A DNA stretch of 64,000 nt from assembly GCA_027923505.1 (NCBI GenBank), contig BROI01000002.1, positions 434,001 through 498,000 on the forward strand. Direction: 5' to 3'. The position numbers and the translations under genes were made by a program. Under the pieces are notes generated by a model. It searched no databases, was not told where the DNA came from, and saw only the letters and a list, made by a program, of their open reading frames with translations. The stretch comes from Mayamaea pseudoterrestris. Taxonomy: Eukaryota. Shown piece by piece: positions 44,201-54,257 of this stretch; positions within the stretch are counted from its first letter, which is position 1, and every line of letters begins with the position of its first letter.

Positions 44201-45925
44201 CCGCTATGTCTGAGAATTCAATCAGCAGAAAAGCCTGATATGGCCGAATCATCCCTTGGTGCTCTAAGCACTATCATTGAAGGCGTTGGTCATAACATGA
44301 CGGGCGATGTATGGTGCCATGTGATTGACGCTGTGGCTTCCTTGTCGGGTGACCCAACTTACACGGCAGTAGATCGAACTCATGCTCCTTGGATAAACTG
44401 TTCATCATTGGCTTTTCGATGCCTTAAGTTCATTGTCGACGACTTTAGAGACCAGCTTACGCAGTCAGAATCCGCCTCGAAGACATTGACCTCGCTTCTT
44501 GATTGCTGTACTTCTTTTGGGCGATCCAAACATGATGTAAATATTTCATTGACGGCAATAACACTGCTATGGACCATCGCAGACCAAGACCCGGACTCAG
44601 ACTCGGTCGACAGAGCACTATCAAGGCTGTTGGACTTGGCTGCGGATGTTCGAGCAGAGATTCGGAATGCCGCTGTAAACACACTGTTCTCCTGCATTAT
44701 CGGACGCGGCAGTGGCTTCACGCCTGCGCGCTGGAAATCTTGTTTCTTGGATACTATTTTTGGAGTCTATGACATGGTTGCGAATTATGCTGGTACAGAT
44801 GTTGCTAGTGGAGACAGTGGCGCGGGATCGGGAAAGCGATACAGGGTTTCGCTCCACCATTCGCGAGATTCAAGCCAAAAGCAATGGCTTGAAACACAAT
44901 CACTTGTTCTCCGTGGTCTGATCAGGTTGCTTCGGAGTTATTTCTCGCTACTACTCGACGAAGCCGATCACCAAAGCATGACTGTCACAGGACAACCGCC
45001 ACGAACATGGTTTGAGGATGCTTGGTTAAGAATTCTAGACTACAGTTTTGACGCTGCTACCTACGAAGGTGGACGGGATACTTTGGCTATGCGGACAACT
45101 GGGCTTGAGCTAATGGTGCTCTGCTGTCAGCTAGCCAGCAATGATGGAGTTGAAGCAGCGACTGCTCCTGCTCGTGTTTCGACTAATATGGAAGTAATTA
45201 ATGGTGCGCTCCGTACTGTTCGTGAACCACAGTCGGTCAAGATGTTGGAAGAGAGAGTTCTTTCAGTGTCCACTAACGACAGACGGAAGCAGCTGTATGT
45301 TGATGCTTTCGAGGCAATTGAAGCATATAATGAAGCCGTTTCAAAAACGATATCGCAAGGTGGAAATGGTGACGAGACGACGGTCCAGGTGATCCACTCA
45401 TTTGTAACAAGCTTACGTCACTTATACGATTGTTCGATGAGCAGCGAGCTCTCTTCTGATAATGCCAAGGTACTGCACTCGCTCGACCGCTCGGAGGAAA
45501 CGTCAGGTATAGATGTTGGTGTTGGAGATTTGGAGCCTCGGTTTGTTCAAATCGTTAGCGACATGTTGAAAGCAGCTGGTAATTACTCGTCATCACGGTT
45601 TTTGAATCAAGGACAACGTGTCTCGCTCAATTTGTTGCGGACGATAGCGTCGAACGGTTCTGCTGTGGCGTTTACTGCGTTGGTCGATATGGCTGGTAAA
45701 TCTCTTTTCGTACATTCGTCTGAACAGGCGGACGACAAGGGCAGCCAAACCGCTTTGCGCAATGAAGCGTCCGACGCTATCTCGCAAGAGATTGTAAAGG
45801 ATACTGTTTCTTGTGAATGCAAATCCTTAATTCTTTACCGAGTGCTGAATGTCTTTCTTGGACACTGCCTCGCAGATACGACCAATCGTTGCCGACGTCA
45901 GCTGCCCACAGTTCCAGACCGTTGA
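41210..45925 (+). CDS. MON2: MON2 homolog (Arf-GEF-like Golgi/endosome scaffold); last ~12 codons derive from antisense Copia RT sequence
   Basis: LRDLASEARKKHPGVKEASE, LHPFLLA, DVNISLTAITLLWTIAD, DVRAEIRNAAVNTLF, HHSRDSSQKQWLET. Confidence 0.9.
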   Translation: MNFVQTLEESLRDLASEARKKHPGVKEASERATLRLRMLQTQYVSKVRQANSSSQASANGSNDAAKTTTTTNHPTTQLFAHSEILHPFLLAANYPNASAELLNISFNSMQLLMRANAVQPSDAIQMLRVWMIQAQNVVSCYEKLYAKEIYLQTESQQHESAAATNHAAGSTTSSSSWFSWGSSSAAATTDPSSSNYKQSSNNQIQSTKSSSTTLSSQQSPLQMEHCAKQILSCLLQLLELLKEHYAKHLTVELWTNAMALACVWLHYTPIKHTVHQAAVSTLKQVMNLLYSAAAANDKLLQSTWDDLLQLCDVNIQANINLTGAFSLCQRSVAHNATVYPPCAELALQLLTRLEREHDVALPPRLLQKTFGISVQLLLQLDKRGTSLEKCLRIAQWTTVLFQKYFVSYSGECLELLELLLKPIAAATDICRSHDDFEDGYVYTASDADIVLLAEQHASSDGKKLSSTRTLTTLIPPSVLWKAVFSLEAIYVIFDRDDPMELSVILEDARIVLALSETLSDFATIGASCMDHLLQFVSFGKSLPFSGNEVFAKSLTKVKPTFFRTAEQACTSGNAQSLLVDGASTDKSTSSPSSGVLGEALWITLQNLLRLPECMIGLNGVEQMLEQTFAPSLAVLQHYLKRCIGSSDLVQLSLKGFANLADVCLPLGTIHRKALLLSLCKLSLPTWGQRDSTAQLQDHHVMTLLYLCRIIHTHYEFIIDDWEIILRTFDELSDISIASKQLSDESYHAALAVSNLFSRLAPFSTCFSSSSLLRLAEALTEITKTRLEGLDVVGSNDTVLAQRTKPVDALARQSSDGGESSSISSKIMNIGVRAIYGNESEIQQKTEGSKGTRIVGTFCGDYRHEYVKRISSAKSTMRVNAVGDIPYVLAVLTDLVMANSFRFEKCGDQLSEQLSRLASISPAVRPFIMDVLSVLAMSHLSSERALPAPFVGPGRSIFEDPMQSQLWAVEECSDKQSSTEGGIQTYEFGAKSQSDLLSPLCLRIQSAEKPDMAESSLGALSTIIEGVGHNMTGDVWCHVIDAVASLSGDPTYTAVDRTHAPWINCSSLAFRCLKFIVDDFRDQLTQSESASKTLTSLLDCCTSFGRSKHDVNISLTAITLLWTIADQDPDSDSVDRALSRLLDLAADVRAEIRNAAVNTLFSCIIGRGSGFTPARWKSCFLDTIFGVYDMVANYAGTDVASGDSGAGSGKRYRVSLHHSRDSSQKQWLETQSLVLRGLIRLLRSYFSLLLDEADHQSMTVTGQPPRTWFEDAWLRILDYSFDAATYEGGRDTLAMRTTGLELMVLCCQLASNDGVEAATAPARVSTNMEVINGALRTVREPQSVKMLEERVLSVSTNDRRKQLYVDAFEAIEAYNEAVSKTISQGGNGDETTVQVIHSFVTSLRHLYDCSMSSELSSDNAKVLHSLDRSEETSGIDVGVGDLEPRFVQIVSDMLKAAGNYSSSRFLNQGQRVSLNLLRTIASNGSAVAFTALVDMAGKSLFVHSSEQADDKGSQTALRNEASDAISQEIVKDTVSCECKSLILYRVLNVFLGHCLADTTNRCRRQLPTVPDR

Positions 45926-48461
45926 GTTCCGCTAACATCGCTACCATTCGTAGACTTCGCAATGACACAACGCCCGAGTAAACTGAATCCTTCGGCGGCT
46001 CTGTCATATGTCCTCCTGCAACGAGTCGTGCTTTCCGTCGCAAATCGTGCTTGACATCGAATATCATGTGCACGTTTATTCGTTTCCACGGCGCCGGCAT
46101 AACCTTACCGACTCCTTGATCTGCGAACGTGTCGTAATCATTTATCTGATTTAATTCCGTTCGAATCGCATCCGTCCACAGCGTGTTGCCGTTGATCTCG
46201 TCGAGAGCTTTCGCATCTTTATAATTGCGCGGCAACCTTACGCCGAATTTGTAGCGTACGCCGTTTGCTTTCGATTTTCGTTTCGCCGCTGTTACCATCT
46301 GTCGAAACTTCTTTCGCTTCCGAGTGTAATGCTCCAGCGCTGCTTCCATCCTGGCTTGTCGAGTAAGCCGTGCTTGAGTCCATACTCTGCGATCGTTATC
46401 GGATCGTCCTTCTTCATGATCGCGAGAGGCTCCCACGTCGTCGTTCCGTCAGTCCATTCGACGAGAACGTTACTTGAACTTCCTTTGTATGTCGGATCGT
46501 TCGGTTTCAAATTAAGCTCGTGTCCGATTACCTTCGTGAATACCCACTGAGTCGCCGGATCGTTTCGTATATCTTCGTCCATCTGTCGTTCGATTAAATC
46601 CGACAGTTCGTTGTAACTTATTAAGTCTTTCGCTGGCTCCTCTCCCATTTGGATTAGGAAACCTTTCGTCGTTTCCGAGTAGCTCGTTATCGCGTACTTC
46701 GATATATTCGCATACAGTCGCTCGCATTTTCTGACCGTTTTCGTGTTCCACCCTTACGAACGTGCGTCCGATGAGTTCGCTTGGAGAGAACAGAGGGCAT
46801 TTATTCCCTGATTCTTGCTCAGCCCTTCTGAAGAACTTCGCTGGTACGTTGGCGTGGTTCGCCATCGGAATTGTTTCGTCGTCGTTTCCTTCGTAGTTGT
46901 CGTGACTACTTTCTGTCACATGCGTGCTATGGTAGCGTCCTGTCGCGAGATCTGGAGTTTCAAAATTTCGCTCGCTTGCGCGTGTAGCTTCTTCAGAAAT
47001 CTCCCCCTCCAGACTCAGGGAAGGAAGGCAACTCGTGGTAACAAGTAGCTGCGCGAGACCACGTTGGAGCGCGGAATCGCCTGAAGCGTGTCGTCCGTCA
47101 GAACGAGAAAAGTCATGCGGACCGCTATTCTCTGCGATGCCCACGAATCGGCCGTTGCCAGATCGTACCGCCGAGGGAAAGCTCCCCTGCGCCTCAAACG
47201 TGACCGGTTCCCACCACTTGAAATGTAACAAAGGCGGAAATATCCGGCAGATTTCCGAACGCAACTTCCGTTGGCGCGTCGCCATCCCAGCGATTTCGTC
47301 GCGAGGACGTTCAGTATCATGATTACGAATTTAATCAGCAAAACCCAGCAATGGCCTGGCGAACCCGAATCTCGTTGGAGGTTCTCCATCATTATTTAAT
47401 GTGCGACGTGTGACGTTCGCATGGATTTTGTTCTGGATGACCCGGTTCTGTGGTCACTTGAGGAATATTGTACATCCGACAGAGATCCCTCACAGCCTTG
47501 CCAGTCTCCGACTCGGCATTGTCGCTGAGCAGTCCGTTAGGAGCGCCCACTTCGCGGATAAAATCCTCTAACGCGTTTGACATTTCGCTCTCCGACTTCA
47601 TCGGGTAGCCGCGCGTGTAAAAACTTTCTCGTCCAACAAAGAGCTGCATCTTAGTAGCTCCCCATGCCCTAGAAATTCCATCATCCAAAGCTGGCGTGTC
47701 AGAGTGTATCGTGTCCGTGGCGAATAGTTCGCGCAACCGCTGAACGTTCGCGGCCGGAAATCGTGATTTCGTGAGGTGTCGAAATGGTAATCGCGGGTGT
47801 GCGCTGAGATGATACCATGCTTCCGTGTGACGTAAAGTCTGTTGAACGCGCTCAGTCGGGACCCATCCGAGGTAACGGGCCGAAGAGCATTATAGTCCGG
47901 TTCCTTGCTTCTTAGCTTCCGCAAATTAACGCGTGAAAACTGAGCGTGTCGCACGCACCGATTGATCAGTACGTCAAGTTCGTCGCCAGTGCGTGTCGGC
48001 GTGTGACGATTGCGGTGCGTGATACCGTCATCATCGAATCGTTCGTCGAAAGATCCATAATCATGATCTCGTTCGTCGAAATCGTCGTGCGCGTGCTCGA
48101 CATCGTAAACAGTCGAGTCCCACGGCACGTCCGACGTCATGATGACAGTCGGATACTTATCCAAATCATCGAACGTGGGTTTCGTCACGTCCAAGTACAC
48201 CAGGCCATCGCGAATTGCCAATGGCAAAACGTAGCCTCCAATGTTCGTCGTAATTCGTTGCGTTCCGCCAAACATGGTCGGAATATCGTCGACGCGATGT
48301 CCCATTGCGCGCAATTGATTCGGGCAATGAATCGTCGGTCCGTCTCGCTTTAAAAGCATACTGGTGACACAGAAGCAGAATGGTTTCGCCACTAAGGGTC
48401 TTTGCCAGTCCAGCTGCAGTGCCAATCTTGAGAGCTGGGACAATATGATCGTCAATACCAG

Positions 48462-50372
48462 TCACATCCACCTCGGCGTTCGTTTCCGAAACGACGAGCA
48501 TGTCTCCTCCGCATAAGCCTCCGTTCGCGCCGCTGTCGATGAGCGCGCCTTCGTTGATCCGCTCGTAGTGTGCGCGATTGACGCGCAACGACGATGCATG
48601 TTGAAGCTGAATGTACCTCGTCCGGTGTTATCAGTCGTCAACGATCCTGTCACTTGCTGAGTTGTAGTACTCGCATTGTTCGCTTGCAGAACCGATCGTG
48701 CAGCCGTTTGGACTGACATTCCACTATTGCCGGGCTGAATATTAATCGTGCCAGGAACGCTTGCGTGATCGTTCGCTACAGATTCCGTCGCGTGACGCTC
48801 TTGATGCGCCGCGTTGACTTGCGTCTGCGTCGTAGCCGTGCCTCGTTGGTTGCGCGGTCGCCATCCGTTTTCGGGTGTCTTGGGCGCCGTCGCACGCTTG
48901 TCCTTCAACTGCTTTCGCTGATCAAACTTCATCTCCAACCAGACTTCATCCTTCACGCTCGCGTGAGGTTTCTTCATGATCGCTGCAAATCGTTCCGCCG
49001 ATAAGCCGCTTGGAGTCGCGCCGCCATTGCCGCCGCCGCCTCCTTTCGTTCCACTAGACTGCGCTTGATTGATTGTGCGCTTAGTCTTCGTCGTCGATGG
49101 GTGTTTCTTGTCATACTTGATGCAGCACTCTTCTAAGTGCGCGTACAACTGCGCGAAATTGTCTTCCGAGTCGTGTTGCCCCATGTGTTTCTTGATGGCA
49201 ATCATTCCGTCAAAACCTGCTAGTGATGCGCTGAATCCTGTGTGCTCGGAGAAAGCGTCGCGTAGCATGTCGTATCGTTGTAAACCTGTCAGAGCTTCTG
49301 CGTCCATTTCGAGCAGCCAGATGACTTTCTTGTAGAACAGTGCGAGAAATTCGATCGTCGGCCGTGACCACTTCTCGGTCAGCCGCATTCCCTGCAGTTC
49401 CGTTCGCGCGCGTTCCTTCTCGATGTGAGCAGTAGCGCCTTCTTCGTATCGCGTTCGCAATCGTTGGTAGACTTCGCGTCCGTCCATCGTCTTCTTGAAC
49501 TGCTGTACTGCGAGTGATGCAGACGGAGTTCGACAGTGCGTGAGAAAGATCCTGTATACAAACACATTCTTCTTTGCATACGCCTTCTGTTCTTTCGGTC
49601 CCTTTTCCTTCGGGTCATAATCGTCGTCAAAGACTTCGTGGAAGTCATGCAATGTAGCGATGACTTTCAACTCGGAAATCCACTGTTTCCACGAGGAATC
49701 CAGCTTCATTTCTTTACAATCCCTCGCCGAGAACTTGATAGACTTCGTAAATTGGTCTGAATACTTCTCGTCGTCTTCGTCGTCGCCGAGGTCCAGTACG
49801 GATGTCGGTGACTGCTTCGTGTCCACGTCCACACTCGTCGGTGGCACCTTGTCGGCCGAGTCAGGCTTCGACTCGTTGCCTTCGTTCGTTAGCGTGGAGT
49901 CCTTGGATTCGTCCTTCTTGGATTCCGTTTCGCTTTCCTTCGCTGGAGGTTTCGCTCCGCTTCCGCTGCCCACGCTCGCAATGTTGCGCGCTTGGACTCG
50001 TTCCTTCGCTCGTGCTGTGACGAACGTCGCCAGCGTTTCGGTGGTCAGTTGCGACCATGTCTTGATGTCCGGCGACTCTTGCGCCAAATACCATTCGATC
50101 GCGTTCGTGATCGTGCGTTGTTTCATCTTCGTTAGCGAGTGTTCGCTCGTTTCCTGCGTGACATTGTCGCCATCGTCAGTCGTCGTCGTTGTCGTCGTCG
50201 TGACGTTCCACTTCGTCGCGAAATCGTCGTACTCCATCTCGATCAGTTGCGTAAGCGATTCTACTCCGAGTTCGTCGAATAACTCCTTGAACTGAGGATC
50301 TTGGAAAACGCCTACGTTCTCTTCGTAAACATGCGCAAACGCCGCGTCTTTCTGCGCGCGAGTTTCCGCCAT
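48462..50372 (-). CDS. Gag-like ORF of the Copia element
   Basis: Uninterrupted ORF from MAETRAQKD with DGREVYQRLRTRY. The native frame probably continued into protease near 48590. Confidence 0.75.
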   Translation of the reverse strand: MAETRAQKDAAFAHVYEENVGVFQDPQFKELFDELGVESLTQLIEMEYDDFATKWNVTTTTTTTTDDGDNVTQETSEHSLTKMKQRTITNAIEWYLAQESPDIKTWSQLTTETLATFVTARAKERVQARNIASVGSGSGAKPPAKESETESKKDESKDSTLTNEGNESKPDSADKVPPTSVDVDTKQSPTSVLDLGDDEDDEKYSDQFTKSIKFSARDCKEMKLDSSWKQWISELKVIATLHDFHEVFDDDYDPKEKGPKEQKAYAKKNVFVYRIFLTHCRTPSASLAVQQFKKTMDGREVYQRLRTRYEEGATAHIEKERARTELQGMRLTEKWSRPTIEFLALFYKKVIWLLEMDAEALTGLQRYDMLRDAFSEHTGFSASLAGFDGMIAIKKHMGQHDSEDNFAQLYAHLEECCIKYDKKHPSTTKTKRTINQAQSSGTKGGGGGNGGATPSGLSAERFAAIMKKPHASVKDEVWLEMKFDQRKQLKDKRATAPKTPENGWRPRNQRGTATTQTQVNAAHQERHATESVANDHASVPGTINIQPGNSGMSVQTAARSVLQANNASTTTQQVTGSLTTDNTGRGTFSFNMHRRCASIAHTTSGSTKARSSTAARTEAYAEETCSSFRKRTPRWM

Positions 50373-50513
50373 CGTTGTCGTCGTGACAATGTTCTTGCTA
50401 TCACCTGCGGAACTTTCCGGGCCAAGAACCAACGTGCGTCCACGTTACTTCGTAAATCAATAGTACTCTTCGTCGATAAAGTCTCTATGCCGAGGCAATG
50501 AGTCTCAAGACAG

Positions 50514-50833
50514 TGTTAATCTTGTAACTTGTAAATCAAATCGTTGCACCTTTCGCTTGTAGCTGTCCTTGGATGGCCAATCCAAGCTTGCAGTTGCTAC
50601 AATACGAGAGACGAATAAATCGCTTTCTTAACTCTTCAAGCTTAGTAAGTCTGCTTGTTTCTACTCTATATCGCACTAGTTTCAGCAATATACTTGTTGA
50701 ATCGCTTCGAAGCCGTCGCTGCCACGCATCACGCGATCGTGAGGCTGTGGTGAGCCGCGAGTGCCGCTGTGTCACCCTATCGGACATTCGGTGTGACTTG
50801 CCCGATTTTCGCTGTTTTCGTTCGCATCCTGCA
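50514..50833 (-). mobile_element. Putative 5' LTR of the minus-strand Copia (inner boundary uncertain)
   Basis: On the minus strand it begins TGCAGGATG exactly where the plus-strand RNase H homology starts. Candidate end ...ATTAACA at 50514. No second LTR for comparison. Confidence 0.45.
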
Positions 50834-51017
50834 ATTCGGTACTTCTTTGTGAAGGATCGCGTGGCTGCTGGTGAAGTCAACATTGAGCATTGCCCGACCG
50901 GAGACATGGTCGCGGATTTCTTTACGAAACCATTGCAGGGAGCCCAGTTTGGAAAGCTCCGCAACCTGGTTATGAATCTGGCCTCGAGCAGTAAATACTA
51001 CTCGGACCAAAGGAGTG
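50834..51017 (+). mobile_element. 3' end of a second, opposite-orientation Copia: RNase H C-terminus and PPT
   Basis: IRYFFVKDRVAAGEVNIEHCPTGDMVADFFTKPLQG is the Copia RNase H end; purine tract AAAGGAGTG lies directly before TGTTG. Confidence 0.92.
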
Positions 51018-51228
51018 TGTTGAGCATGGATGAGAACCCAAACCGAAGCGACAGCGGTGACGTCACGAAGACGGTCACGTTTAAGTAAGCGCGGTAAGCG
51101 GCAACCGAAGGAGTGGATCGAGGACGATCACTTCTTGGAGAAAATAAGTAAAGTGGTTTTATTGACTCTGTTCTGCTTAATCATTAGTGTCGCTTCAAGG
51201 GCGCGCAAGATATATTCTAGATCCAACA
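51018..51228 (+). mobile_element. 3' LTR of the plus-strand Copia (211 bp)
   Basis: TGTTG...CAACA terminal inverted repeats, directly after the PPT. Confidence 0.75.
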
Positions 51229-51309
51229 CTTGGAAACACTTCTTGTTCGACGAGACCATGTCGTACAATATATAAATCACGAGGCAAGTCGATTCGATCT
51301 GCTCGAGTC

Positions 51310-51945
51310 ATGAAATCGTCACCAAATGGCTCAACGAAGAAGGATGATTTGTTATCGCCGAGACGCAGAGTTGCATTCTCGCCTTCGAGCCAGCAACGAT
51401 GGCGAAGGCCCCTCCTCATCGGCATACTGATCGGAGCTGCCATGACGACGTGCATCCAGTCCATCATCTGGTCGATTCGACATGCCAATGAATCATCCAA
51501 AAGTATGTCTTCCTTGTTGATGGCCTTGGAGGAATCCAAACAAAAACATTTACGGTTGACGCGACGAGCAGCGGAAGACTCGCCATATCGACGACGCCGA
51601 CGCGCACTGCCATTGTCACGACACGACGAGAGCGTCAAAAAGATACACACGAAAGCAAACAATGCAACATACAATAACGAAACAGTAACAGACGAGTCTG
51701 CTCCTGACGACGATGACTTGTTGAAGAAGCTTCGAGCATCATCAGTGCACCTTCAAATACAACATGGACGCGTAACCACGTCCTTTCAGCAGCGCATGGC
51801 GGCGCACCAGGAACGATTGCGGCTCGTGCGAGAGCAGCAGCAGCGAAACGTTGCGGAAAACTACGGCCAAAGTAGTAGTAGTGACCAAGCTATTTTCGTA
51901 CTGGCGAGCAGAGCAATGGAAGCACTCGTTCGTGTACACAAGTAA
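51310..51945 (+). CDS. Hypothetical single-TM protein
   Basis: ATG-initiated 211-aa ORF with basic N-terminus and hydrophobic LLIGILIGAAMTTCIQSIIW. Confidence 0.55.
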   Translation: MKSSPNGSTKKDDLLSPRRRVAFSPSSQQRWRRPLLIGILIGAAMTTCIQSIIWSIRHANESSKSMSSLLMALEESKQKHLRLTRRAAEDSPYRRRRRALPLSRHDESVKKIHTKANNATYNNETVTDESAPDDDDLLKKLRASSVHLQIQHGRVTTSFQQRMAAHQERLRLVREQQQRNVAENYGQSSSSDQAIFVLASRAMEALVRVHK

Positions 51946-52209
51946 AATGGGAGAAAACGCCATGCAGAACTTGTGCGTACGAAAGCTTTGACTCAAACGT
52001 CGTATTTCCTCAATGCGCCTGCCTCGCCGATGCATGTCCGCAAGATTCACCTTTACTGCTTAATGGTTTGCGCCTTTGCGGGCTACGGTACGACTGACTG
52101 TAAGAATAATTGCTTGTCAAACGCAACATAATATAATTCGTGGTAAAAAAGTGTAGTAAGACGTTTCATATCCCATGTGGAGCAAGTGCTTGTATCAATA
52201 ACATGGCGC

Positions 52210-53595
52210 CTACGGAAAGACCCATTCCTTGCTCAATCCCTGTCGTTGCTCGTTGCGCTGCGACTGGAGCATAATCGTTCGCAACTGCTGCTGGCTGAGA
52301 GCTTGAGCAGCGGCAAAGCCAGCCGCAAAGTGAGCAGCTCCTGGCTGCTGCATCAAGTTTGGTGGCTGCTGCATCAAGTTTGGTGGCTGCTGCGGCGGCG
52401 ACGGAGGCTGCTGCGGCGGCGACGGAGGCTGCTGCTGACTGCGGTGAACCCCAAAGGCCAACTGATTCGCAGCCGCCAAGGCAGAAACCTTGCTATTGAC
52501 CTGAAAGTGCAAGCCACTTCCTCCATGGTTGTTGTTATTGATGCTGTTCATGGCCATCATATTCTTGTTGACAAGAGCCGGGATGGGAATCGGCTCAAAG
52601 CAGTCAAGGTTGAGCCCAGCTGACGCACCATAGTTGAAGTTTCGCAACTGGCTCTCGGCCGCTCCAAGACTCTGGTGAAACGCATTGAGCGCATCATGGT
52701 CACGCGGCGTGAGTCCTGAGCTCGCCACCGGTTTGGTGCTCAAGGTTGGCTTGACCGCGTTCTGGTAGGAACCAGAGTAAATGGGCATGCGCGCCTTTGG
52801 TCCGTGCTGGAGCGTAAAGTGGAGCAACACCGAGTCGTCTTCGACTGGCTTTTCCGGAGTCGGGTACATTTCCGAAATCTTGTAAAAGTCCGGCTCTTGT
52901 TCGGGGTCGGCGGCTTGCTTCTCAGAGACACCCGGACGCTTCATCTCCTTGCACAAGTGGGGAATCCCACGCAAAAAGAGAGGGTGGTAGTACGAGTTGC
53001 GGTCGCGTCCTTGGGTGCTGCAAAAGGTTCAAAGTGAAAGATCGTCAGTAAATCAATCATGGTTTGGACAAATAGACGATAAAGTTAATCAAACTTACAT
53101 TCGGCGAAATCCCCATCCATTCGCTTGACGAATGAAACTGCTAAACTTGGAATGCTCAAAGAAGCGGGGAATCACGCGAACCTCAAACTCACGCGGCTTG
53201 AGGACCCTCCAGCTGCGGCCATGCGGCATCCAAGCAACCACGTCAACAAGCTCCGGCATGCTCAAGATGCAATGCATCTTTGCCACAAAATTCGCAACTC
53301 GGCCAGGCGGAGTCAGCGGAATCAACGGGTCATTGTCCTTGACGCGAGAATAGTCGCGGTAGTAAAAGAACGGATACGGCTTGAGCTCCGTCTCTTCCGT
53401 CGGGTTAGGATCATGCTGCGGCTCGGCCGCAGGAGGGAGCGGCAAAGAATCAAAGAAATCGTGACTGGTTGGTTTAGGCCTCTTGGAATAGGCCTCGTCC
53501 CCTGCAAGCTCGACTGGGCTGTCGCGGTTGCGCTTGTAGGCGAGCGCCGCGAAGGCAGACGCCGCTTCATGCTCGTCCGCGTTAAAGATATCCAT
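52210..53595 (-). CDS. HSF-type DNA-binding transcription factor; 2 exons (53595-53099, 53017-52210)
   Basis: NFVAKMHCIL, VAWMPHGRSWRV, FFEHSKFSSFIRQANGWGFRR; splice yields ITQGRDRNSYYHPLFLRG. Q/P-rich tail with 21-bp repeats. Confidence 0.95.
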
Positions 53596-54257
53596 GGTCA
53601 GTCTACAACGATTGTCTCCGGATCAACAAGCGTAATGTTGAAAGAAAGGATGCGAGCCGCTCACACGTCGACCTCTCTCTCCTTGGGTTTGTGCGAGATC
53701 ATCGCTGTCCGGAGGTGCCGGAATTCGCGGAGTACCACGCGTTTCAACATTGACAAATTTAGCTTACAAATCCTAAAGAATGCAAATTCGACTTCCGGGT
53801 ATTCTAGTCACGCCTGGAAAAGAAAGATGCTTGGTTCTTGAAGTTGGCTGGACGAATGGCAAGCGGCGAATCGTCTGCCAGCTCAAAGAACTGGTTCGGT
53901 CATTGGGTCACAGTTGTGTCACGCTCTTCATCACGCTCGCGCGAGTCAAGTCGTCGGATGGTTCAAGGAAGCGATAACCGAAGGGGGAAACGCACGAGAA
54001 GGAATCCCGTCGAAGCGGCCTTGATGCGCGAAACCGCAAGGAAGGATGATCAAGATGCATTCTTTCCATCCTGGTCTATGCTTGGGCGAATTCTGTCTAC
54101 GATTGAATGGGTCCCCTTAAATTGAGCGCCCAATGGATGGTTCGATCGAAGTACAATAGTGAATGACGCCACTGCAACAGCACGTTTAGCTATGTGCTTC
54201 TACAAAGGTGAGCAATGCACTGGATCAACGTGCTATGCAGGTGGTGACGTTTAGCAG

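Larger units (their letters stand above)
45888..50833 (-). mobile_element. Ty1/Copia element (diatom CoDi-like): 3'-truncated, pol frameshifted
   Basis: Gag-like ORF; protease ALIDSGANGG; integrase FATDTIHSD / LLSDNAESE / TTEPGHPEQNPCE; RT YKFGVRLPR..NGNTLWTDAI, MIFDVKHDLRRKARLVAGGH, YSGVVSLRS, ending at WAADVGN. PR-INT-RT order is Copia-type. Confidence 0.93.

Noticed and set aside
48570..48610. Programmed ribosomal frameshift between Copia gag and protease
   Set aside because: No slippery heptamer is visible, and many other frameshifts follow, so decay or sequencing error is simpler.
50573..50833. N-terminal part of the 171-aa plus-strand ORF as real coding sequence
   Set aside because: Only the part from 50834 matches Copia RNase H; the upstream part is the antisense LTR region of the nested element.
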